Part shown: in pieces, positions 1-7,219 of the stretch | How positions within the stretch are numbered: position 1 is the stretch's first letter | Layout: each line of letters begins with the position of its first letter | Assembly: GCA_030646295.1 (NCBI GenBank) | Contig: JAUSND010000006.1 | Span: forward strand, 1 to 32,000 | DNA length: 32,000 nucleotides | Origin: Moraxellaceae bacterium | GTDB lineage: Bacteria > Pseudomonadota > Gammaproteobacteria > Pseudomonadales > Moraxellaceae | Direction: 5' to 3' | Program-made: the position numbers and the translations under genes | The notes under the pieces: model-generated | Databases searched by the model: none | What the model saw: only the letters and a program-made list of their open reading frames with translations | Told to the model about the DNA's origin: nothing

Positions 1-4
1 AACG

Positions 5-228
5 TTAGGGTTTCCGTTGGGCTTACTGGTTTTTAAGTGTTTCAAGCAAGGGAATTGCATCAGCTTGTGGCTTCGGTCACTGCCTTCACGCTTCGATTTA
101 TGTTGTGATTCCCTTTGCCTTAATTAAGGTTGCTCCTGGCCGGTGATACCGGTCTCCGTAGTAACCGGGTGCCTTCGCTAAATGCCAGTGGCACCTTTGG
201 CGGGGCGGTAGCGTGCCAAACGCCACCA
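5..228 (+). ncRNA. ORF-less cassette, candidate structured RNA element (copy A, short subtype)
   Basis: There is no credible ORF between core site 4-10 and attC 229-303. The element is homologous to copy D (3216-3417). Shared stems are GGGAATTGCA 50-59 / TGTGATTCCC 104-113, CGGT 141-144 / ACCG 164-167, GGTGCC 168-173 / GGCACC 190-195, and GGCAC 190-194 / GTGCC 213-217. Strand is assumed from cassette orientation. Confidence 0.5.
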
Positions 229-303
229 CCCTAACAATTCGCTCAAGAGGGACCCGGTGTCAGGCTGCGCCTGCCCCCGGGCCCCTTAGCTCAAACGTTA
301 GAT
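229..303 (+). other. attC recombination site
   Basis: The inverse core CCCTAAC (229-235) is complementary to GTTAGGG at 4-10. The core is GTTAGAT at 297-303. The central part is an imperfect palindrome, gacccggtgtcaggctgcgcctgcccccggg. Confidence 0.85.
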
Positions 304-311
304 GCCACACC

Positions 312-872
312 ATGAAAAATTCATTGCTCTTTTATAGCCTGATAGGACTCTTTTCTTTACCTTCAGTTTCCTCATCAGAGCAGGTTAATCCTGCATCGGA
401 AGTGCAACGAGGATTACTTCCCATATCAGTTGGAATGAAAGATTTCCTTAAATCTTGTGATTGGCCGAAGGTGACGAAGTGCCAAGGAAAGCACCACATT
501 AAGAAAGCCACCCATGTCATAAAGCGAACTGATGACATTGATTCCATTGTCGTTTTTGAGCTGGAATTTAAGGGAATGTCATTTCAATATAGGTCGCCAT
601 CCAAGCAGCCAAAGCAAATCGAAATTACAGGAATTTTGGTTACTTCAAGTGATTGGCAGTTACCCTATGGGTTACGCGTCGGTGACAAAGGTACAAAAAT
701 AATATCTGCTATCGGCCCTCCAGCAGAAATGGCCTATAAAACTTCCGCAAAAAATAGGTCAGATATCTTCTACACGTACCATGATAATGTCGTGGGCGAT
801 CTTTCTAACTTGGTTATGGATATTGCAGGTGGGCATATTGTTAAAGTCGAATGGCTACCGTACAGCGACTGA
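312..872 (+). CDS. Hypothetical secreted protein (cassette ORF)
   Basis: The ATG at 312 is in frame with track ORF 213..872; the upstream part of that ORF lies inside attC. The N-terminus MKNSLLFYSLIGLFSLPSVSS looks like a signal peptide. I recognise no family. Confidence 0.7.
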   Translation: MKNSLLFYSLIGLFSLPSVSSSEQVNPASEVQRGLLPISVGMKDFLKSCDWPKVTKCQGKHHIKKATHVIKRTDDIDSIVVFELEFKGMSFQYRSPSKQPKQIEITGILVTSSDWQLPYGLRVGDKGTKIISAIGPPAEMAYKTSAKNRSDIFYTYHDNVVGDLSNLVMDIAGGHIVKVEWLPYSD

Positions 873-906
873 GCATAATCCGGCATCTAACAAGCGACTG
901 TGATCG

Positions 907-2072
<1,166 letters not shown>

Positions 2073-2142
2073 ACAACTCATTCGAGTGGGACACAGTGTC
2101 AGGCTTCGCCTGCCCCTGTGCCCCTCAATTCCAACGTTAGCG
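2073..2142 (+). other. attC recombination site, 3' portion (the 5' 9 nt are at 885-893, split by the IS)
   Basis: The sequence acaactcattcgagtgggacacagtgtcaggcttcgcctgcccctgtgcccctcaattccaacGTTAGCG aligns with the other attC sites. The core is GTTAGCG at 2136-2142. Confidence 0.85.
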
Positions 2143-2437
2143 CTTCCGTTGGGTTTCTTTGAATTTGCATTGCCCTTCCCTGCGAAATTCACCCGCTGTG
2201 GCTTCGGCAAAGCCACAAGGTTTCAAGTCCCTGTACGCTGTTCTTTCACTGTCGTTAACGGTGAAAAATTGAAGGCCGTAATTCTTTGCCTTCAGCATGA
2301 GCGTACAGGGGTTTAGTGATTACGTAGCTTCGGGCAGGCCGGCACAAGCCAGTGAATCCGTGCTCTGCACAAGCCGTTTGCCTTCGTTTATAGTCGGGGG
2401 CACCTTTGGAAGAGCGGTTTCGTGCCTGGCACCACTG
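2137..2437 (+). ncRNA. ORF-less cassette, candidate structured RNA element (copy B, long subtype)
   Basis: There is no ORF confined to the cassette. Stems are GAATTT 2161-2166 / AAATTC 2185-2190, ATTCAC 2187-2192 / GTGAAT 2352-2357, TGTGGC 2197-2202 / GCCACA 2212-2217, CCCTGTACGCT 2229-2239 / AGCGTACAGGG 2300-2310, TTTCAC 2244-2249 / GTGAAA 2261-2266, TGAAGGC 2270-2276 / GCCTTCA 2288-2294, and GGCAC 2399-2403 / GTGCC 2422-2426. Confidence 0.55.
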
Positions 2438-2514
2438 CTCTAACAATTCGTTCCAGGGCCGACCCTGTGTCAGGCTGCGCCTGCCACAGGTCGCCCTGAA
2501 CTCCAACGTTAGCG
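2438..2514 (+). other. attC recombination site
   Basis: Inverse core CTCTAAC at 2438-2444 and core GTTAGCG at 2508-2514. The site is nearly identical to attC 2809-2885. Confidence 0.85.
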
Positions 2515-2808
2515 CTTCCGTTGGGTTTATTTGAATTTGCATCGCCCTGCCCTGCGCAATTCACCCGCAATGGCTTCGGTAATGCAGCAAGGCATCAAGT
2601 CCTGTGCGCTGTTCTTTCGCGGTCGCTGTTAGCTAAGCGTCAAAGGCTGTCGCTTCTTTGCTTTCAGCCGGAGCGCACAGGGGCTGGTGATTACGCAGCT
2701 TCGGCCAGGCCGGCACAAGCCAGTGAATCCGTGCTCTGCACAAGCCGTTTGCCTTCGTGTATAGTCGGGGGCACCTTTGGAAGAGCGGTTTCGTGCCAAA
2801 CACCACTG
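2509..2808 (+). ncRNA. ORF-less cassette, candidate structured RNA element (copy C, long subtype)
   Basis: This is a tandem paralogue of copy B. Stems are ATTCAC 2559-2564 / GTGAAT 2723-2728, CCTGTGCGCT 2601-2610 / AGCGCACAGG 2672-2681 (compensatory relative to B), CGCT 2624-2627 / AGCG 2636-2639, and GGCAC 2770-2774 / GTGCC 2793-2797. Confidence 0.55.
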
Positions 2809-2885
2809 CTCTAACAATTCGTTCCAGGGCCGACCCAGTGTCAGGCTGCGCCTGCCACAGGTCGCCCTGAACTCCAACGTTAGGG
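2809..2885 (+). other. attC recombination site
   Basis: Inverse core CTCTAAC at 2809-2815 and core GTTAGGG at 2879-2885. Confidence 0.85.
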
Positions 2886-2892
2886 CTTTACA

Positions 2893-3141
2893 GTGCAAAA
2901 CATCTTGGTCATAAAAAGCTGGTCAGATGATCTAGCATGGGCAGGCAAAAGTAGTTGGCCGCTTAAAGCATTCTGTTATCGTGTATCTCTGTGCACCGAT
3001 CTTAAAGGCACAGAATTGAAGCGTGTTTCACGTGCCATCATGAAAAGAGAACTTCTAGAGTTAAGCCTAAGCAAGCCGGAAAATGCAGAGCCGCTCATCC
3101 ATACTCTTGAGTCATCAGGCGCGAAAGTTACTATTAAGTAG
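2893..3141 (+). CDS. Small hypothetical cassette ORF (uncertain)
   Basis: This is the only ORF in the cassette orientation within cassette 2880-3215. It has a GTG start with no clear RBS; an alternative ATG gives only 33 aa (MKRELLELSLSK...). The cassette could also be non-coding. Confidence 0.3.
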   Translation: MQNILVIKSWSDDLAWAGKSSWPLKAFCYRVSLCTDLKGTELKRVSRAIMKRELLELSLSKPENAEPLIHTLESSGAKVTIK

Positions 3142-3146
3142 CCTCG

Positions 3147-3221
3147 CCCTAACAATTCGCTCAAGAGGGACCCGGTGTCAGGCTCCGCCTGCCTCCGGGC
3201 CCCTTAGCTCAAACGTTAGGG
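3147..3221 (+). other. attC recombination site
   Basis: Inverse core CCCTAAC at 3147-3153 is complementary to GTTAGGG at 2879-2885. Core is GTTAGGG at 3215-3221. Ignoring the last core bases, which belong to the next cassette, the site differs from attC 229-303 at only 2 positions. Confidence 0.85.
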
Positions 3222-3417
3222 CTATCGCTGTCGTACTGGTGGTTGTGTTAATCAAGCAAGGGAATTGCATCGTTTCGTGACTTCGGCAAATGCTGTCACG
3301 CTCCGTTCAAATCTGTGATTCCCCTGCTTCGGTATTTTTTGTTCGGTGATTACGTGCTTCGTAGTTACCGGGTGCCTTCGCTAAATGCCGCTGGCACCTT
3401 TGGCGGGGCGGTAGCGT
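3216..3417 (+). ncRNA. ORF-less cassette, candidate structured RNA element (copy D, short subtype)
   Basis: Stems are GGGAATTGCA 3260-3269 / TGTGATTCCC 3314-3323, CGTGAC 3276-3281 / GTCACG 3295-3300, CGGTGATTAC 3344-3353 / GTAGTTACCG 3361-3370 (two G-T wobbles), GGTGCC 3371-3376 / GGCACC 3393-3398, and GGCAC 3393-3397 / GTGCC 3416-3420. Confidence 0.5.
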
Positions 3418-3489
3418 GCCAAACGCCACTGGGGTTTTACCCCGCTTTCACGGACACATCTGATAAGCCCCTTAACTCCAACGTTAGGC
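3418..3489 (+). other. attC-like site, atypical sequence
   Basis: It ends in a good core, ctccaacGTTAGGC (3483-3489). The 5' half (GCCAAACgccactggggttttaccccgc...) is unlike the family consensus, and the inverse-core-like GCCAAAC at 3418-3424 overlaps the conserved element. Confidence 0.55.
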
Positions 3490-3506
3490 TCATAAAGGAG
3501 ATGTAA

Positions 3507-3860
3507 GTGAAGTATCTAGTTATTGTTTTGCTATTGGCTGGTGGCTATTGGCTCTACACCGAGAAATACAATAAACAGACGTCGGCCGGCGAGAACCTCG
3601 TAGCCCAGATCCAAGCAGGAAAACCTGTTTCGATTCCGCAGGCAAAAATCAAAGCGGACGAAATAGTTACATTCTTCTGTAATGATTCTGGCCTTCAAGC
3701 CGCAGGGAACTCCAGCACGACCGAATGCTTAGGCAAGTATTCGGAACGTAAAGAGCGCTGCGAGCAAAGAATTTTTCCAGAAGCAGCCACCCCCATTAAG
3801 ACTGAAGAAGAGCTTAAGGCATATTTTAAGCGCTTCATTCATTGCACTATTGAATCTTAA
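3507..3860 (+). CDS. Hypothetical membrane-anchored or secreted protein (cassette ORF)
   Basis: GTG start 8 nt after AAGGAG. The N-terminus is hydrophobic (MKYLVIVLLLAGGYWLY). The ORF fills cassette 3484-3945. Confidence 0.7.
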   Translation: MKYLVIVLLLAGGYWLYTEKYNKQTSAGENLVAQIQAGKPVSIPQAKIKADEIVTFFCNDSGLQAAGNSSTTECLGKYSERKERCEQRIFPEAATPIKTEEELKAYFKRFIHCTIES

Positions 3861-3875
3861 TGCGGGATTCATTTC

Positions 3876-3951
3876 GCCTAACAACTCATTCCAGGCGCGA
3901 CCCAGTGTCAGGCTGCGCCTGTCCCCGGGCCCCTCAATTCCGACGTGAGAT
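3876..3951 (+). other. attC recombination site (core GTGAGAT, one mismatch)
   Basis: Inverse core GCCTAAC at 3876-3882 is complementary to GTTAGGC at 3483-3489. It has the family central palindrome. The core reads GTGAGAT at 3945-3951. Confidence 0.75.
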
Positions 3952-3962
3952 GAGAGTCATCA

Positions 3963-4376
3963 ATGCACTATAATGGTCCAAAAGGGTTGTTCGGGGTATT
4001 CACGGCTATAGTATTGGCAGTTGTCTTTTACTATCAAAATTATGCAATACAACGCGCTGAGTCTTGGCCTTCTGTAGATGGAACAATCATTGACTCCGCA
4101 ATCAATAGATCAACAAAGCATAGAGATAAAGAGCATGTTGCCCATATATCAATCGGAGCATCGCCAAGTAAATTTATAGCTCATGAATATAGACTTCGTA
4201 TTGAATATGAATACTTTGTTAATGGCAAAAAATACACTGGAAACAGCCTTGGATTTGACACTCGCAGAACCAGTCTAAATGGCGCAGAAATGCTTCTTAA
4301 AAAGTTCAGAAAGGGCAGTCAAGTTCGCATAAATTACGACCCGAAAAGCCCTTCCCAATCAATGCTTTTAAAGTAA
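3963..4376 (+). CDS. DUF3592-like membrane protein (cassette ORF)
   Basis: An N-terminal TM helix is followed by WPSVDGTI...YEYFVNGKKYTG...GSQVRINYDPKSPSQS, the pattern I associate with DUF3592. This is from memory, not a search. Confidence 0.7.
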   Translation: MHYNGPKGLFGVFTAIVLAVVFYYQNYAIQRAESWPSVDGTIIDSAINRSTKHRDKEHVAHISIGASPSKFIAHEYRLRIEYEYFVNGKKYTGNSLGFDTRRTSLNGAEMLLKKFRKGSQVRINYDPKSPSQSMLLK

Positions 4377-4378
4377 TC

Positions 4379-4411
4379 ATCTAACAACTTGTTCCAGGGC
4401 CAACGTTATGG
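4379..4411 (+). other. attC remnant with internal deletion
   Basis: The sequence ATCTAACAACTTGTTCCAGGGCC is joined directly to AACGTTATGG. The central palindrome of the family is missing, leaving about 33 bp. Confidence 0.5.
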
Positions 4412-4417
4412 CTCAGA

Positions 4418-4621
4418 TTGATCTCTAAAGCCAAGCCCATAGAAATGGGCCTTGAGGCCGCTCGTAAGATAGAGCGGCTTCTTGAGAAATATGAAGTTGC
4501 GAATTGCATTGGCTGTGATGGTAGCTATCACCTGAGCACATGCCCCTCTCAGGAAGCCAATCAACTCATGAGCTACCTTACTCAGCGTATCAACAATCCA
4601 AATAAAAAATATGGGGTCTGA
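4418..4621 (+). CDS. Small hypothetical protein (cassette ORF)
   Basis: It is in the cassette orientation and has a charged, helical-looking sequence with CIGCDGSYHLSTC. The start is uncertain: TTG at 4418 or ATG at 4445. A 75-aa antisense ORF (4406..4633) is the alternative. Confidence 0.45.
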   Translation: MISKAKPIEMGLEAARKIERLLEKYEVANCIGCDGSYHLSTCPSQEANQLMSYLTQRINNPNKKYGV

Positions 4622-4634
4622 ATAAGGGCTCAAC

Positions 4635-4713
4635 CCCTAACAACTCGTTCAAGGCCCGCTCCGCCCGACGTGCCCGGCGCGGCCGGCCACGCCCCTTAAC
4701 TCCAACGCCAGGA
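4635..4713 (+). other. attC site with mutated core (GCCAGGA)
   Basis: Inverse core is CCCTAAC at 4635-4641 and the GC-rich central region is palindromic. The 3' end reads ctccaacGCCAGGA at 4707-4713, so the conserved GTT is lost. Confidence 0.6.
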
Positions 4714-4720
4714 GCCTCAT

Positions 4721-5314
4721 ATGAAACGGATAACAATTCTAATCGTTGGACTTCTTTTCAGCTCGCTAGCGCTTGCGTATGAGCCCAAGGCAGGAGATAT
4801 CGTCTTCCACACATCCTTGTCTCAGCAAAGCATCGCTGTTCAGGCCGCCACCAACTCTCCTTACAGTCACATGGGTATTGTTCTTTATAAAGATTCAAAG
4901 CCATATGTTTTTGAGGCCGTTCAGCCAGTTAAGTACACACCGCTTGATGCATGGCTTAACCGTGGCAAAGGCAAACACTACGTTGTAAAGCGCCTCAAGT
5001 CTCCACTTTCAGCATTAGCAATCACTCGGCTTCAAGAAGATGCAGCGCATTATGTAGGCAAACCCTATGATCTCTCGTTTGAGTGGTCAGATAGCCGTAT
5101 CTATTGCTCAGAGCTCGTTTGGAAACTGTATAAATCAGCTACTGATATTGAACTCACGCCTCTCGCCGAGCTTGGTAGCTTTAATCTCACCAATCCTGCT
5201 GTTAAGGCAACGCTCATAGAGCGCTATGGCAGCCAAGTGCCACTGAATGAGCCCGTTGTCGCTCCGGTGGCCATCTTTGAATCACCGTTGCTTGTTACTG
5301 TGGCCCAGCGGTAA
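4721..5314 (+). CDS. yiiX: YiiX-family permuted papain-like (NlpC/P60 superfamily) protein with signal peptide
   Basis: It is close to E. coli YiiX as I recall it: GDIVFH.S.S.QS.A.Q.AT.S.YSH.G...KPYVFEAV.PVKYTPL..W, GKPYD.SF.WSD.R.YCSELVWK.Y, NP.V.A.L.ERYG...PL.E.VV.P. Confidence 0.8.
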   Translation: MKRITILIVGLLFSSLALAYEPKAGDIVFHTSLSQQSIAVQAATNSPYSHMGIVLYKDSKPYVFEAVQPVKYTPLDAWLNRGKGKHYVVKRLKSPLSALAITRLQEDAAHYVGKPYDLSFEWSDSRIYCSELVWKLYKSATDIELTPLAELGSFNLTNPAVKATLIERYGSQVPLNEPVVAPVAIFESPLLVTVAQR

Positions 5315-5374
5315 CCCGCTCAAGTGGGACGTCTTTGGCTACGCCAAATCCGCACCTTAGCTCCAACGTTAGCC
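5309..5374 (+). other. attC recombination site
   Basis: Inverse-core-like CGGTAAC at 5309-5315 contains the stop codon. Core is GTTAGCC at 5368-5374. The central sequence differs from the main family. Confidence 0.6.
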
Positions 5375-5396
5375 GCCGAAACCAGAGAGGATCGCC

Positions 5397-5900
5397 ATGG
5401 ATAGTGAAGAGCTTAGGGCACAGCAGGCTCCGCTGAAGGAAAAGTATCGTGAGTCCCCTGCGGCTGCGTTAATTACACTTCATGCCGAGGGTGCGCTCGG
5501 CGAAGGTGTGACGTGTAGTATCAGCACCGGAAAGGCCCTGATCGAGGCTGGACTGCATCCGGCAACGGGTGGTTCTGGAATGCAGGCATGCTCCGGCGAC
5601 ATGCTGCTTCAAGCTCTGGTGGCTTGTGCCGGCGTTACATTGTCGGCCGTTGCTACCTCACTTGGAATCCCGATTCAGGCGGGTCATCTTCGCGCGGAGG
5701 GTGATCTCGATTTTCGGGGAACATTGGGAGTTTCCAAGGATACGCCGGTGGGGTTCCAGGAAATACGCCTGCACATCCTCCTGGAAAGCACTGCATCCCC
5801 GGAGAAGCTTACGAAGCTTATGGAGCTCACGGAGCGCTATTGTGTGGTGTTGCAGACCTTGCGGAATCCGGTCATCGTCAAAACAATTATCGGCAGCTAA
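5397..5900 (+). CDS. OsmC/Ohr-family protein (cassette ORF)
   Basis: Its length and the motifs ACSGDMLLQALVACAGVTL and TERYCVV are typical of OsmC-like peroxiredoxin-fold proteins. Confidence 0.75.
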   Translation: MDSEELRAQQAPLKEKYRESPAAALITLHAEGALGEGVTCSISTGKALIEAGLHPATGGSGMQACSGDMLLQALVACAGVTLSAVATSLGIPIQAGHLRAEGDLDFRGTLGVSKDTPVGFQEIRLHILLESTASPEKLTKLMELTERYCVVLQTLRNPVIVKTIIGS

Positions 5901-5969
5901 CCACTCGTTACAGGCGCGGCGGCCCTGACGGGCCGCGGCCTGAACTCGAACACAGGTAGCGTGTTAAGG
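5895..5969 (+). other. attC site (core displaced or degenerate)
   Basis: AGCTAAC at 5895-5901 is approximately complementary to GTTAGCC at 5368-5374. It has the GC-rich palindrome ggcgcggcggccctgacgggccgcggcc. The best core candidate is GTTAAGG at 5963-5969. Confidence 0.55.
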
Positions 5970-5986
5970 CTTGGCACGAGATCCGA

Positions 5987-6331
5987 ATGAAACCTGAATC
6001 GAAGTTGCGCGCCATCAAAACGGTTCATACCTTGGTATGGGCAGTCTTTGCAGGATCCATATTGGCCATCCCTGCATATTCCGCCACTGGCAATCTTCCA
6101 GTGGCGTGGGCCCTGATCGGGATTGTGCTTCTTGAGGTAATCGTCCTTGTAGCCAACCGGATGCGGTGCCCGCTAACCGATGTTGCTGGCCGCTATACCT
6201 CGGAGCGCCAAGACAACTTTGATATCTACCTACCACTCTGGCTCGCTCGCCACAACAAGGACGTCTTTGGTGGGCTTTACGTTGCAGGTATTGTATACAC
6301 TGCATGGGTATCGGTTCACGCTGCCACCTGA
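5987..6331 (+). CDS. Small integral membrane protein (cassette ORF)
   Basis: It has three hydrophobic segments and a central RCPLTD motif. It may be DUF2784-like, but that is an unverified recollection. Confidence 0.6.
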   Translation: MKPESKLRAIKTVHTLVWAVFAGSILAIPAYSATGNLPVAWALIGIVLLEVIVLVANRMRCPLTDVAGRYTSERQDNFDIYLPLWLARHNKDVFGGLYVAGIVYTAWVSVHAAT

Positions 6332-6368
6332 CAACTCATTCCAGTGCCGAACCGCCCCATAGTGAGAA
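6326..6368 (+). other. attC remnant (internally deleted, degenerate)
   Basis: ACCTGACAACTCATTCCAGTGCC matches the 5' arm of the family with an A-to-G change in the inverse core. The centre is missing and the site ends in GTGAGAA at 6362-6368. Confidence 0.4.
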
Positions 6369-6372
6369 ATAT

Positions 6373-7104
6373 ATGAATGAATTAGTTGGTATGTATTTTT
6401 CCCCGTGGACTGAGCGAGCCAGATGGGCGCTCGACTACCACAAGGTTCCATACAAATACGTTGAGTACACCACGTTGTTGGGCCAACCGTTGCTGAGGCT
6501 TAGGGCTGGCAAGCCATTTGGAAAAGTCTCCGTTCCGCTGCTGATCACGCCGAATGAAAGAGTTAATGACTCGTTTGAGATTGCGGTTTACTCGGATCAA
6601 ATGTCAGAGCAGGAGCCACTGGTGCCTCCGGCACATTTCGCGGAAATCAAAAACTGGACGGAATCGGCAGAACTTGCCCTTTACTCGGCGCGTCTGCGGG
6701 CAACGCGCAGAATCCAGGCCAGTTCGGAAGCGCTGGCTGACAGGCTGCCAGGATATACGCCAAACCTCTTGCGCAAGGCTTTTGTGCCCATGGCCTATAT
6801 CGCAACGGGATACATACTGCGTAAATATCAACTCGAAGATGATGACGATGAGAAGCTGCTGAAAAACATGGACGAATTCTTTGACAAGGCAAACAATGCC
6901 TTGAGTGGTAGAAGATTTGTCTTCGAGAACCTGAGTTTTGCAGATATTGTCATCGCCACCGCAATGCAAGCGATCACGCCCGTTGAGGACAAGTACATAT
7001 ATTTAGGGCTGCCGAGCCGCAAGTGTATGTGTGAGCCTGCCCTGGAGATGAAATATTCGTCATTGATAAAGTGGCGAGATTCCGTATATGAGCAGTACAG
7101 GTAG
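6373..7104 (+). CDS. Glutathione S-transferase-like protein (cassette ORF)
   Basis: The ATG at 6373 lies after the attC remnant. The N-terminus is thioredoxin-like (YFSPWTERARWAL...VPLL) and the C-terminal helical domain contains SFADIVIA. Confidence 0.65.
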   Translation: MNELVGMYFSPWTERARWALDYHKVPYKYVEYTTLLGQPLLRLRAGKPFGKVSVPLLITPNERVNDSFEIAVYSDQMSEQEPLVPPAHFAEIKNWTESAELALYSARLRATRRIQASSEALADRLPGYTPNLLRKAFVPMAYIATGYILRKYQLEDDDDEKLLKNMDEFFDKANNALSGRRFVFENLSFADIVIATAMQAITPVEDKYIYLGLPSRKCMCEPALEMKYSSLIKWRDSVYEQYR

Positions 7105-7138
7105 CAGCTCATTCGCGTGAATATCATCAAGGGAAACG

Positions 7139-7201
7139 ATCTAACCATTCGCCGTAGTCGCGATGGCCATGACGTCTGTGACATAAGTCAAAACGTTAGG
7201 C
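7139..7201 (+). other. attC recombination site (short type)
   Basis: Inverse core is ATCTAAC at 7139-7145, the centre is an imperfect palindrome (ccgtagtcgcgatggccatgacgtctgtgac), and the core is GTTAGGC at 7195-7201. Confidence 0.75.
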
Positions 7202-7219
7202 GTCATTAAAGGAGGCCCT

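Noticed and set aside
5-30. The cassette start TTAGGGTTTCCG resembles the UAGGGUUCCG block of the ykkC (guanidine-I) riboswitch.
   Set aside because: The other conserved ykkC blocks (GGUCCGAGAG, ACACGG, GCCCGGGAGA) are absent. TTAGGG is simply the cassette half of the GTTAGGG core site.
118-129. The perfect 12-nt palindrome CCTTAATTAAGG in copy A might be a protein-binding operator.
   Set aside because: It is present only in copy A. The equivalent position in copy D is unrelated (ctgcttcggtattttttgtt), so it is more likely a lineage-specific hairpin than a conserved site.
213-311. N-terminal extensions of track ORFs: 213..311, 6304..6372, 12087..12128, 12143..12253, 21938..21970, 24849..24890 and 27661..27879.
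   Set aside because: The extensions lie in attC sites, intergenic sequence or neighbouring genes. The internal Met is preceded by an RBS and/or begins the conserved N-terminus of the family.
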